From: Bugula neritina
Lineage: Eukaryota > Animalia > Bryozoa
NCBI GenBank assembly: GCA_964035545.1
Contig: CAXIUT010000097.1
Coordinates: forward strand, 310,001-374,000
Length of the DNA: 64,000 nt
Reading direction: 5' to 3'
Each line of letters opens with the position of its first letter. Positions within the stretch are counted from its first letter, which is position 1. Below are positions 51,401-64,000 of the stretch, one piece after another. The notes under the pieces are model-generated. The model was not told the origin of the DNA. It ran no database searches and saw only the letters and a list, made by a program, of their open reading frames with translations. The translations under genes were made by a program, and so were the position numbers.

Positions 51401-54400
51401 CATATTGAAATATACTGCAACATACTGAAATACAGTGCTACATACTGAAATATACTGCAACATACTGCAACATAGTGAAATTCACTGTAACATACTGAAA
51501 AACACTGCAACATACTACAACATATTGAAATACACTGCAACACATTGAAATATACTGCAACATACCTAAATATACGGTGATATACCAAAATAAACTGTAA
51601 CACATTTAAAAATACTGCAACATACTGAAATACACTGCAACACTCTGAAATACACTGCAAAATACTGTAACACACTGAAATATACTGCAACACACTGCAA
51701 CATACTGCAACATACTAGAATACACTGTAACATATTGAAATATACTGCAACATACTGAAATACACTGCTATATACTGAAATATACTGCAACACACTACAA
51801 CATACTGCAACATGCTAAAATATACTGCAACATACTGAAATACCCTGCAAAATACTGAAATACACTGTAACATACTGAAGTATACTGCAACATACTGAAA
51901 TACACTGCTACATACTGAAACATACTGCAACACACAGCAACATACTGCAACATACTAAAATACACTGTAACATATTGGAATACACTGCAACACATTGAAA
52001 TATACTGCAAAATACTGAAATACACTGCTACATACTGAAATTTACTGCGACACACTGCAACATACTGCAACATACTAAAATGCGCTGTAACATAGTGAAA
52101 TAGACTGCAACACATTGAAATATACTGCAAAATACTGAAATACACTGCTATATACTGAAATACACTGCAACACACTACAACATACTGCAACATGCTAAAA
52201 TATACTGCAACATACTGAAATACACTGCAAAATACTGAAATACACTGTAACATACTGAAGTATACTGCAACATACTGAATCACACTGCTACATACTGAAA
52301 TATACTGCAAAATACTGAAATACACTGCTATATACTGAAATACACTGCAACACACTACAACATACTGCAACATGCTAAAAGCTGCAACATACTGAAATAC
52401 ACTGATACATACTGAAATATACTGCAACACACAGCAACTTACTGCAACATACTAAAATATACTGCAACATACTGAAATACACTGCAAAATAATCAAATAC
52501 ACTGTAACATACTGAAATATACTGCGACACATTGCAATATACTGTAACATACTGAAATATCCTGTAGCACACTGAAATACACTGCAACTCACTGAAATAT
52601 ACTGCAACATACTGAAATACACTGTAACATATTGAAATATACTGCAACATACTGAAATACAGTGCTACATACTGAAATATACTGCAACATACTGCAACAT
52701 AGTGAAATAAACTGCAACATACTGCAAGATATTGAAATGCACTGTAACATATTGAAATACACTGCAACACATTGAAATATACTGCAACATACCTAAATAT
52801 ACGGTAATATACCAAAATATACTGTAACACATTGAAAAATACTGCAACATACTGAAATACACTGAAACACACCGAAAAACACTGAAAATACTGTAACACA
52901 CTGAAATATACTGCAAAATACTGAAATATACTGCAAAATACTGAAATACACTGCTGCATACTGAAATATACTGCAACACACCGCAACATTCTGCAACATA
53001 CTAAAGTATACTGCAACATACTGCAATACACTGCAAAATACTAAATTACACTATAACATACTGAAATATACTGCAACATACTGAAATATACTGCTACGTA
53101 CTGAAATGTACTGCAACACACTGCAACATACTGCAACATACTAGAATACACTGTAACATAATGAAATACACTGCAACACATTGAAATATACTGCAAAATA
53201 CTGAAATACACTGCTATATACTGAAATTTCACTGCAACACACTACAACATACTGCAACATGCTAAAAGCTGCAACATACTGAAATACACTGCCACATACT
53301 GAAATATACTGCAAGACACAGCAACATACTGCAACATACTAAAATATACTGCAACATACTGAAATATACTGCATCATACTGAAATATACTGCTACATACT
53401 GAAATGTACTGCAACACACTGCAACATACTGCAACATACTAGAATACACTGTAACATAATGAAATACACTGCAACACATTGAAATATACTGCAAAATACT
53501 GAAATACACTGCTATATACTGAAATATACTGCAACACACTACAACATACTGCAACATGCTAAAATCTACTGCAACATACTGAAATACCCTGCAAAATACT
53601 GAAATACACTGTAACATACTGAAATACACTGCTACATACTGAAATATACCTCAACACACTGCAACATACTGCAACATACTAAAACATACTGCAACATACT
53701 GAAATACACTGCAGAATACTGAAATACACTGTAACATACTGAAATATACTGCAAAATACTGAAATACACTGCTACATACTGAAATATACTGCAACACACT
53801 GCGACTTACTGCAACATACTAAAATAGACTGTAACATATTAAAATACACTGCAACACATTGAAATATACCGCAATGTACCGAAATATATGGTAAACTACT
53901 GAAATATACTGTCACACATTTAAAAATACCGCAACATACTGAAATATACTGCGACACATCGCAATATAATGTAACGTACTGAAATATGCTGTAGCACATT
54001 GAAATATACTGCAACTCACTGAAATATACTGCAACATATTGAAATATACTGCAACATACTGAAATACAGTGCTACATACTGAAATATACTGCAACATACT
54101 GCAACATAGTGAAATTCACTGTAACATACTGAAAGACACTGCAACATACTACAACATATTGAAATACACTGCAACACATTGAAATATACTGCAACATACC
54201 TAAATATACGGTGATATACCAAAATAAACTGTAACACATTTAAAAATACTGCAACATACTGAAATACACTGCAACACTCTGAAATACACTGCAAAATACT
54301 GTAACACACTGAAATATACTGCAACACACTGCAACATACTGCAACATACTAGAATACACTGTAACATATTGAAATATACTGCAATATACTGAAATACACT

Positions 54401-57400
54401 GCTATATACCGAAATATACTGCAACACACTACAACATACTGCAACATGCTAAAATATACTGCATCATACTGAAATACCCTGCAAAATACTGAAATACACT
54501 GTAACATACTGAAGTATACTGCAACATATTGAAATACACTGCTACATACTGAAATTTACTGCGACACACTGCAACATACTGCAACATACTAAAATGCACT
54601 GTAACATAGTGAAATAGACTGCAACACATTGAAATATACTGCAAAATACTGAAATACACTGCTATATACTGAAATTTACTGCAACACACTGCAACATACT
54701 GCAACATACTAAAATATACTGCAACACACTGAAATACACTGCAAAATATTCAAATACACTGTAACATATTGAAATATACTGCAACATACTGAAATACAGT
54801 GCTACATACTGAAATATACTGCAACATACTGCAACATAGTGAAATACACTGCAACATACTGCAAGATAGTGAAATACACTGTAACATACTGGAGTATACT
54901 GCAACATGCTGAAATACACTGCTACATACTGAAATATACTGCAACACACAGCAACATACTGCAACATACTAAAATACACTGTGACATGTTGGAATACACT
55001 GCAACACATTGAAATATACTGCAAAAGACTGAAATACACTGCTACATACTGAAATATACTGCGACACACTGCAACATACTGCAACATACTAAAATACACT
55101 GTAACATATTGAAATAGACTGCAACACAATGAAATATACTGTAAAATACTAAAATACACTGCTAAATACTGAAATATACTGCAACACACTGCAAGATACT
55201 GCAACATACTAAAATATACTGCAAAATACTGAAATACACTGCAGAATACTGAAATACACTGTAACATACTGAAATACACTGCAAAATACTGAAATACACT
55301 GCTACATACTGAAATATACTGCGACACATTGCAATATACTGTAACATACTGAAATATGCTGTAGCACACAGAAATACACTGCAACTCACTGAAATATACT
55401 GCAACATACTGAAATACACTGTAACATATTGGAATATACTGCAACATACTGAAATACAGTGCTACATACTGAAATATACTGCAACATACTGCAACATAGT
55501 GAAATAAACTGCAACATACTGCAAGATAGTGAAATACACTGTAACATACTGAAATACACCGCAAAATACTACAACATGTTGAAATGCACTGTAACATATT
55601 GAAATACACTGCAACACATTGAAATGTACTGCAACATACCTAAATATACGGTAATATACCAAAATATACTGTAACACATTGAAAAATACTGCAACATACT
55701 GAAATACACTGCAACACACCGAAAAACACTGAAAATACTGTAACACACTGAAATATACTGCAAAATACTGAAATATACTGCAACATACTGAAATATACTG
55801 CTACATACTGAAATATACTGCAACACACTGCAACATACTGCAACATACTAGAATACACTGTAACATAATGAAATACACTGCAACACATTGAAATATACTG
55901 CAAAATACTGAAATACACTGCTATATACTGAAATACACTGCAACACACTACAACATACTGCAACATGCTAAAAGCTGCAACATACTGAAATACACTGCTA
56001 CATACTGAAATATACTGCAACACATTGCAACATACTGCAACATACTAAAGTATACTGCAACATACTGAAATACACTGCAGAATACTGAAATACACTGTAA
56101 GATACTGAAATATACTGCAAAATACTGAAATACATTGCTACATACAGAAATATACTGCAACACACTGCGACATACTGCAACATACTAAAATACACTGTAA
56201 CATATTGAAATACACTGCAACACATTGAAATATATTGCAATGTACCGAAATATATGGTAAACTACTGAAATATACTGTCACACATTGAAAAATACTGCAA
56301 CATACTGAAATATACTGCGACACATTGCAATATACTGTAACATACTGAAATATCCTGTAGCACACTGAAATACACTGCAACATACTGAAATACACTGTAA
56401 CATATTGAAATATACTGCAACATACTGAAATACAATGCTACATACTGAAATATACTGCAACATACTGCAACATAGTGAAATTCACTGTAACATACTGAAA
56501 AACACTGCAACATACTACAACATATTGAAATACACTGCAACACATTGAAATATACTGCAACATACCTAAATATACGGTGATATACCAAAATAAACTGTAA
56601 CACATTTAAAAATACTGCAACATACTGAAATACACTGCAACACTCTGAAATACACTGCAAAATACTGTAACACACTGAAATATACTGCAACACACTGCAA
56701 CATACTGCAACATACTAGAATACACTGTAACATATTGAAATATACTGCAACATACTGAAATACACTGCTATATACTGAAATATACTGCAACACACTACAA
56801 CATACTGCAACATGCTAAAATATACTGCAACATACTGAAATACCCTGCAAAATACTGAAATACACTGTAACATACTGAAGTATACTGCAACATACTGAAA
56901 TACACTGCTACATACTGAAACATACTGCAACACACAGCAACATACTGCAACATACTAAAATACACTGTAACATATTGGAATACACTGCAACACATTGAAA
57001 TATACTGCAAAATACTGAAATACACTGCTACATACTGAAATTTACTGCGACACACTGCAACATACTGCAACATACTAAAATGCGCTGTAACATAGTGAAA
57101 TAGACTGCAACACATTGAATTATACTGCAAAATACTGAAATACACTGCTATATACTGAAATACACTGCAACACACTACAACATACTGCAACATGCTAAAA
57201 TATACTGCAACATACTGAAATACACTGCAAAATACTGAAATACACTGTAACATACTGAAGTATACTGCAACATACTGAATCAAACTGCTACATACTGAAA
57301 TATACTGCAAAATACTGAAATACACTGCTATATACTGAAATACACTGCAACACACTACAACATACTGCAACATGCTAAAAGCTGCAACATACTGAAATAC

Positions 57401-58196
57401 ACTGCTACATACTGAAATATACTGAAACACACAGCAACTTACTGCAACATACTAAAATATACTGCAACACACTGAAATACACTGCAAAATATTCAAATAC
57501 ACTGTAACATACTGAAATATACTGCGACACATTGCAATATACTGTAACATACTGAAATATCCTGTAGCACACTGAAATACACTGCAACTCACTGAAATAC
57601 ACTGCAACATACTGAAATACACTGTAACATATTGAAATATACTGCAACATACTGAAATACAGTGCTACATACTGAAATATACTGCAACATACTGCAACAT
57701 AGTGAAATAAACTGCAACATACTGCAAGATATTGAAATGCACTGTAACATATTGAAATACACTGCAACACATTGAAATATACTGCAACATACCTAAATAT
57801 ACGGTAATATACCAAAATATACTGTAACACATTGAAAAACACTGCAACATACTGAAATACACTGCAACACACCGAAAAACACTGAAAATACTGTAAAACA
57901 CTGAAATATACTGCAAAATACTGAAATATACTGCAAAATACCGAAATACACAGCTACATACTGAAACATACTGCAACACACCGCAACATACTGCAACATA
58001 CTAAAGTATACTGCAACATACTGAAATACACTGCAAAATACTGAAATACACTATAACATACTGAAATATACTGCAACATACTGAAATATACTGCTACATA
58101 CTGAAATATACTGCAAAACACTGCAACATACTGCAACATACTAGAATACACTGTAACATAATGAAATACACTGCAACACATTGAAATATACTGCAA
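30476..58196. repeat. Higher-order repeat, 9,282-bp unit, 3 tandem copies (30476-39757, 39758-49039, 49040-~58196; third copy has a 160-bp deletion)
   Basis: Constant +9282 offsets (30978/40260/49542; 33811/43093/52375; 36098/45380/54662), falling to +9122 after ~55320 (46340/55462; 48283/57405). Counted indels per unit (four -1, five -3, one +1) give 930 monomers minus 18 bp = 9282. Confidence 0.95.
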
Positions 58197-61100
58197 AATA
58201 CTGAAATACACTGCTATATACTGAAATACACTGCAACACACTACAACATACTGCAACATGCTAAAAGCTGCAACGTACTGAAATACACTGCTACATACTG
58301 AAATATACTGCAACACATTGCAACATACTGCAACATACTAAAGTATACTGCAACATACTGAAATACACTGCAGAATACTGAAATACACTGTAAGATACTG
58401 AAATATACTGCAAAATACTGAAATACATTGCTACATACTGAAATATACTGCAACACACTGCGACATACTGCAACATACTAAAATACACTGTAACATATTG
58501 AAATACACTGCAACACATTGAAATATACTGCAATGTACCGAAATATATGGTAAACTACTGAAATATACTGTCACACATTGAAAAATACTGCAACATACTG
58601 AAATATACTGCGACACATTGCAATATACTGTAACATACTGAAATATCCTGTAGCACACTGAAATACACTGCAACATACTGAAATACACTGTAACATATTG
58701 AAATATACTGCAACATACTGAAATACAGTGCTACATACTGAAATATACTGCAACATACTGCAACATAGTGAAATTCACTGTAACATACTGAAAAACACTG
58801 CAACATACTACAACATATTGAAATACACTGCAACACATTGAAATATACTGCAACATACCTAAATATACGGTGATATACCAAAATAAACTGTAACGCATTT
58901 AAAAATACTGCAACATACTGAAATACACTGCAACACTCTGAAGTACACACCAAAATACTGTAACACACTGAAATATACTGCAACACACTGCAACATACTG
59001 CAACATACTAGAATACACTGTAACATATTGAAATATACTGCAACATACTGAAATACACTGCTATGTACTGAAATATACTGCAACACACTACAACATACTG
59101 CAACATGCTAAAATATACTGCAACATACTGAAATACCCTGCAAAATACTGGAATACACTGTAACATACTGAAGTATACTGCAACATACTGAAATACACTG
59201 CTACATACTGAAATATACTGCAACACACATAACATACTGCAACATACTAAAATGCGCTGTAACATAGTGAAATAGACTGCAACACATTGAAATATACTGC
59301 AAAATACTGAAATACACTGCTATATACTGAAATACACTGCAACACACTACAACATACTGCAACATGCTAAAATATACTGCAACATACTGAAATACACTGC
59401 AAAATACTGAAATACACTGTAACATACTGAAGTATACTGCAACATACTGAAATACACTGCTACATACTGAAATATACTGCAAAATACTGAAATACACTGC
59501 TATATACTGAAATACACTGCAACACACTACAACATACTGCAACATGCTAAAAGCTGCAACATACTGAAATACACTGCTACATACTGAAATATACTGCAAC
59601 ACACAGCAACTTACTGCAACATACTAAAATATACTGCAACATACTGAAATACACTGCAAAATATTCAAATACACTGTAACATATTGAAATATACTGCAAC
59701 ATACTGAAATACAGTGCTACATACTGAAATATACTGCAACATACTGCAACATAGTGAAATACACTGCAACATACTGCAAGATAGTGAAATACACTGTAAC
59801 ATACTGAAATACACCGCAAAATACTACAACATATTGAAATGCACTGTAACCTATTGAAATACACTGCAACACATTGAAATATACTGCAACATACCTAAAT
59901 ATACGGTAATATACCAAAATATACTGTAACACATTGAAAAATACTGCAACATACTGAAATACACTGCAACACGCCGAAAAACACTGAAATTACTGTAACA
60001 CACTGAAATATACTGCAAAATACTGAAATATACTGCAAAATACTGAAATACACTGCTACATACTGAAATATTTTGCAACACACTGCAACATACTGCAACA
60101 TACTAAAGTATACTGCAACATACTGAAATACACTGCAAAATACTGAAATACACTATAACATACTGAAATATACTTCAACATACTGAAATATACTGCTACA
60201 TACTGAAATATACTGCAACACACTGCAACATACTGCAACATACTAGAATACACTGTAACATAATGAAATACACTGCAACACATTGAAATATACTGCAAAA
60301 TACTGAAATACACTGCTATATACTGAAATACACTGCAACACACTACAACATACTGCAACATGCTAGTAGCTGCATTATACTGAAATACGCTGCTACATAC
60401 TGAAATATACTGCAAAACACAGCAACATACTGCATCATACTAAAATATACTGCAACATACTAGAATACACTGTAACATAATGAATTACACTGCAACACAT
60501 TGAAATATACTGCAAAATACTGAAATACACTGCTATATACTGAAATATACTGCAACACACTACAACATACTGCAACATGCTAAAATCTACTGCAACGAAC
60601 TGAAATACCCTGCAAAATACTGAAATACACTGTAAGATACTGAAATACACTGCTACATACTGAAATATACTGCAACACACTGCAACATACTGCAACATAC
60701 TAAAATATACTGCAACATACTGAAATACACTGCAGAATACTGAAATACACTGTAACATACTGAAATATACTGCAAAATACTGAAATACACTGCTACATAC
60801 TGAAATATACTGCAACACACTGCGACATACTGCAACATACTAAAATACACTGTAACATATTGAAATACACTGCAACACATTGAAATATACTGCAATGTAC
60901 CGAAATATATGGTAAACTACTGAAATATACTGTCACACATTGAAAAATACTGCAACATACTGAAATATACTGCGACACATTGCAATATACTGTAACATAC
61001 TGAAATATGCTGTAGCACACTGAAATACACTGCAACTCACTGAAATATACTGCAACATACTGAAATACACTGTAACATATTGAAATATACTGCACGTACT

Positions 61101-64000
61101 GAAATACACTGCTACATACTAAATTTTACTGCAACATACTGCAACATAGTGAAATACACTGTAACATACTGAAATACACTGCAACATACTGCAACATATT
61201 GAAATACACTGCAACACATTGAAATATACTGCATTATACCTAAATATACGGTGATATACCAAAATATACTGTAACACATTTAAAAATACTGCAACATACT
61301 GAAATACACTGCAAAAAACTGTAACACACTGAAATAAACTGCAACACACTGCAACATACTGCAACATACTAAAATATACTGTAACATATTGAAATAGACT
61401 GCAACACATTGAAATATACTGTAAATTACTGAAATACACTGCTAAATACTGAAATATACTGCAACACACTGCAAGATACTGCAACATACTAAAATATATT
61501 GCAACATACTGAAATACACTGCAGAATACTGAAATACACTGTAACATACTGAAATATACTGCAAAATACTGAAATACACTGCTACATACTGAAACAAACT
61601 GCAACACACTGCGACATACTGCAACATACTAAATTACACTGTAACATATTGAAATACACTGCAACACATTGAAATATACTGCAATGTACCGAAATATATG
61701 GTCAACTACTGAAATATACTGTCACACATTGAAAAACACTGCAACATACTGAAATATACTGCGACACATTGCAATATACTGTAACATACTGAAATAGGCT
61801 GTAGCACACTGAAATACACTGCAACTCACTGAAATATACTGCAACATACTGAAATACACTGTAACATATTGAAATATACTGCAACATACTGAAATACAGT
61901 GCTACATACTGAAATATACTGCAACATACTGCAACATAGTGAAATACACTGCAACATACTGCAAGATAGTGAAATACACTGTAACATACTGAATTACACC
62001 GCAAAATACTGCAACATATTGAAATGCACTGTAACATATTGAAATACACTGCAACACAATGAAATATACTGCAACATACCTAAATATACGGTATTATACC
62101 AAAATATACTGTAACACATTGAAAAATACTGCAACATACTGAAATACACTGCAACACACCGAAAAACACTGAAAATACTGTAACACACTGAAATATACTG
62201 CAAAATACTGAAATATACTGCAAAATACTGAAATACACTGCTACATACTGAAATATACTGCAACACACCGCAACATACTGCAACATACTAAAGTATACTG
62301 CAACATACTGAAATACACTGCAAAATACTGAAATACACTATAACATACTGAAATATACTGCAACATACTGAAATACACTGCTACATACTGAAATATACTG
62401 CAACACACAGCAACATACTGCAACATACTAAAATACACCGTAACATATTGGAATACCCTGCAACACATTGAAATATACTGCAACATACCTAAATATACGG
62501 TGATATACCAAAATAAACTGTAACACATTTAAAAATACTGCAACATACTGAAATACACTGCAACACTCTGAAATACACTGCAAAATACTGTAACACACTG
62601 AAATATACTGCAACACACTGCAACATACTGCAACATACTAGAATACACTGTAACATATTGAAATATACTGCAATATACTGAAAAACACTGCTATATACCG
62701 AAATATACTGCAACACACTACAACATACTGCAACATGCTAAAATATACTGCAACCTACTGAAATACCCTGCAAAATATACTGAAATACACTGTAACATAC
62801 TGAAGTATACTGCAACATACTGAAATACACTGCTACATACTGAAATTTACTGCGACACACTGCAACATACTGCAACATACTAAAATGCACTGTAACATAG
62901 TGAAATAGACTGCAACACATTGAAATATACTGCAAAATACTGAAATACACTGCTATATACTGAAATTTACTGCAACACACTGCAACATACTGCAACATAC
63001 TAAAATATACTGCAACATACTGAAATACACTGCAAAATATTCAAATACACTGTAACATATTGAAATATACTGCAACATACGGAAATACAGTGCTACATAC
63101 TGAAATATACTGCAACATACTGCAACATAGTGAAATACACTGCAACATACTGCAAGATAGTGAAATACACTGTAACATACTGGAGTATACTGCAACATGC
63201 TGAAATACACTGCTACATACTGAAATATACTGCAACACACAGCAACATACTGCAACATACTAAAATACACTGTGACATGTTGGAATACACTGCAACACAT
63301 TGAAATATACTGCAAAATACTGAAATACACTGCTACATACTTAAATATACTGCGACACACTGCAACATACTGCAACATACTAAAATACACTGTAACATAT
63401 TGAAATAGACTGCAACACAATGAAATATACTGTAAAATACTAAAATACACTGCTAAATACTGAAATATACTGCAACACACTGCAAGATACTGCAACATAC
63501 TAAAATATACTGCAACATACTGAAATACACTGCAGAATACTGAAATACACTGTAACATACTGAAATACACTGCAAAATACTGAAATACACTGCTACATAC
63601 TGAAATATACTGCAACACACTGCGACATACTGCAACATACTAAAATACACTGTAACATATTGAAATACACTGCAACACATTGAAATATACTGCAATGTAC
63701 CGAAATATATGGTAAACTACTGAAATATACTGTCACACATTGAAAAACACTGCAACATACTGAAATATACTGCAACATACTGAAATACACTGTAACATAT
63801 TGAAATATACTGCAACATACTGAAATACAGTGCTACATACTGAAATATACTGCAACATACTGCAACATAGTGAAATAAACTGCAACATACTGCAAGATAG
63901 TGAAATACACTGTAACATACTGAAATACACCGCAAAATACTACAACATATTGAAATGCACTGTAACATATTGAAATACACTGCAACACATTGAAATGTAC

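Larger units (their letters stand above)
1..64000. repeat. Satellite DNA array, 10-bp monomer (A-type ACTGCAACAY / B-type ACTGAAATAY), mostly alternating as a 20-bp dimer; runs off both window ends
   Basis: Essentially every 10-bp block matches ACTG[C/A/T]AA[C/T]A[T/C] with few substitutions. Orientation is the same throughout, there is no unique sequence, and the + strand is A-rich and G-poor. Confidence 0.99.

Noticed and set aside
125-63980. Hundreds of minus-strand ORFs (up to 315 aa) rich in C, V, Y, F, S and Q
   Set aside because: They are a translation of the repeat. A 10-bp period gives the same peptide vocabulary in all three overlapping frames. CAT in the monomer supplies ATG on the minus strand, where stops are scarce, while the plus strand has TGA/TAA in nearly every dimer. 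There are no recognisable domains, and frameshifting indels are tolerated.
1-64000. CRISPR-like or other repeat-spacer array using modules P/Q as repeats
   Set aside because: The intervening sequence is the same satellite rather than unique spacers, the spacing is irregular and long, and there are no cas or other genes.
1-64000. Telomeric or telomerase-synthesised repeat
   Set aside because: There is no G-run strand. Variant order is inherited in multi-kb blocks, which indicates recombinational copying rather than templated addition.
1-64000. Embedded transposon, RNA gene, promoter or long inverted repeat
   Set aside because: I found no non-satellite segment or orientation switch, and the only dyads are very short.

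Overview
The whole 64 kb window is one uninterrupted, single-orientation satellite DNA array. I found no genes, transposons, RNA genes or CRISPR arrays. The monomer is 10 bp and comes in two classes that mostly alternate: A-type ACTGCAACA(T/C), with variants ACTGTAACAT, ACTGCTACAT and ACTGCAAAAT, and B-type ACTGAAATA(C/T), with variants ATTGAAATAY, ACTAAAATAY and AGTGAAATAC. Above the monomer is a nested hierarchy: 20-bp dimers, 120/140-bp cassettes, two recurrent diverged 'GGT' modules, a 1,649-bp tandem duplication, a ~6-kb block duplication, a ~5.15-kb tandem duplication, and a three-copy 9,282-bp higher-order repeat at ~30.5-58.2 kb. Rare variants seen near the left end reappear near the right end, flanking the most homogeneous core. 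This is the layered pattern described for expanding centromeric-type arrays. All listed ORFs are artefacts of the repeat. The organisation suggests eukaryotic heterochromatin, but the host and any centromere function cannot be determined from the sequence. Periods were read by eye from ORF-track offsets and diagnostic variants, so breakpoints are approximate.
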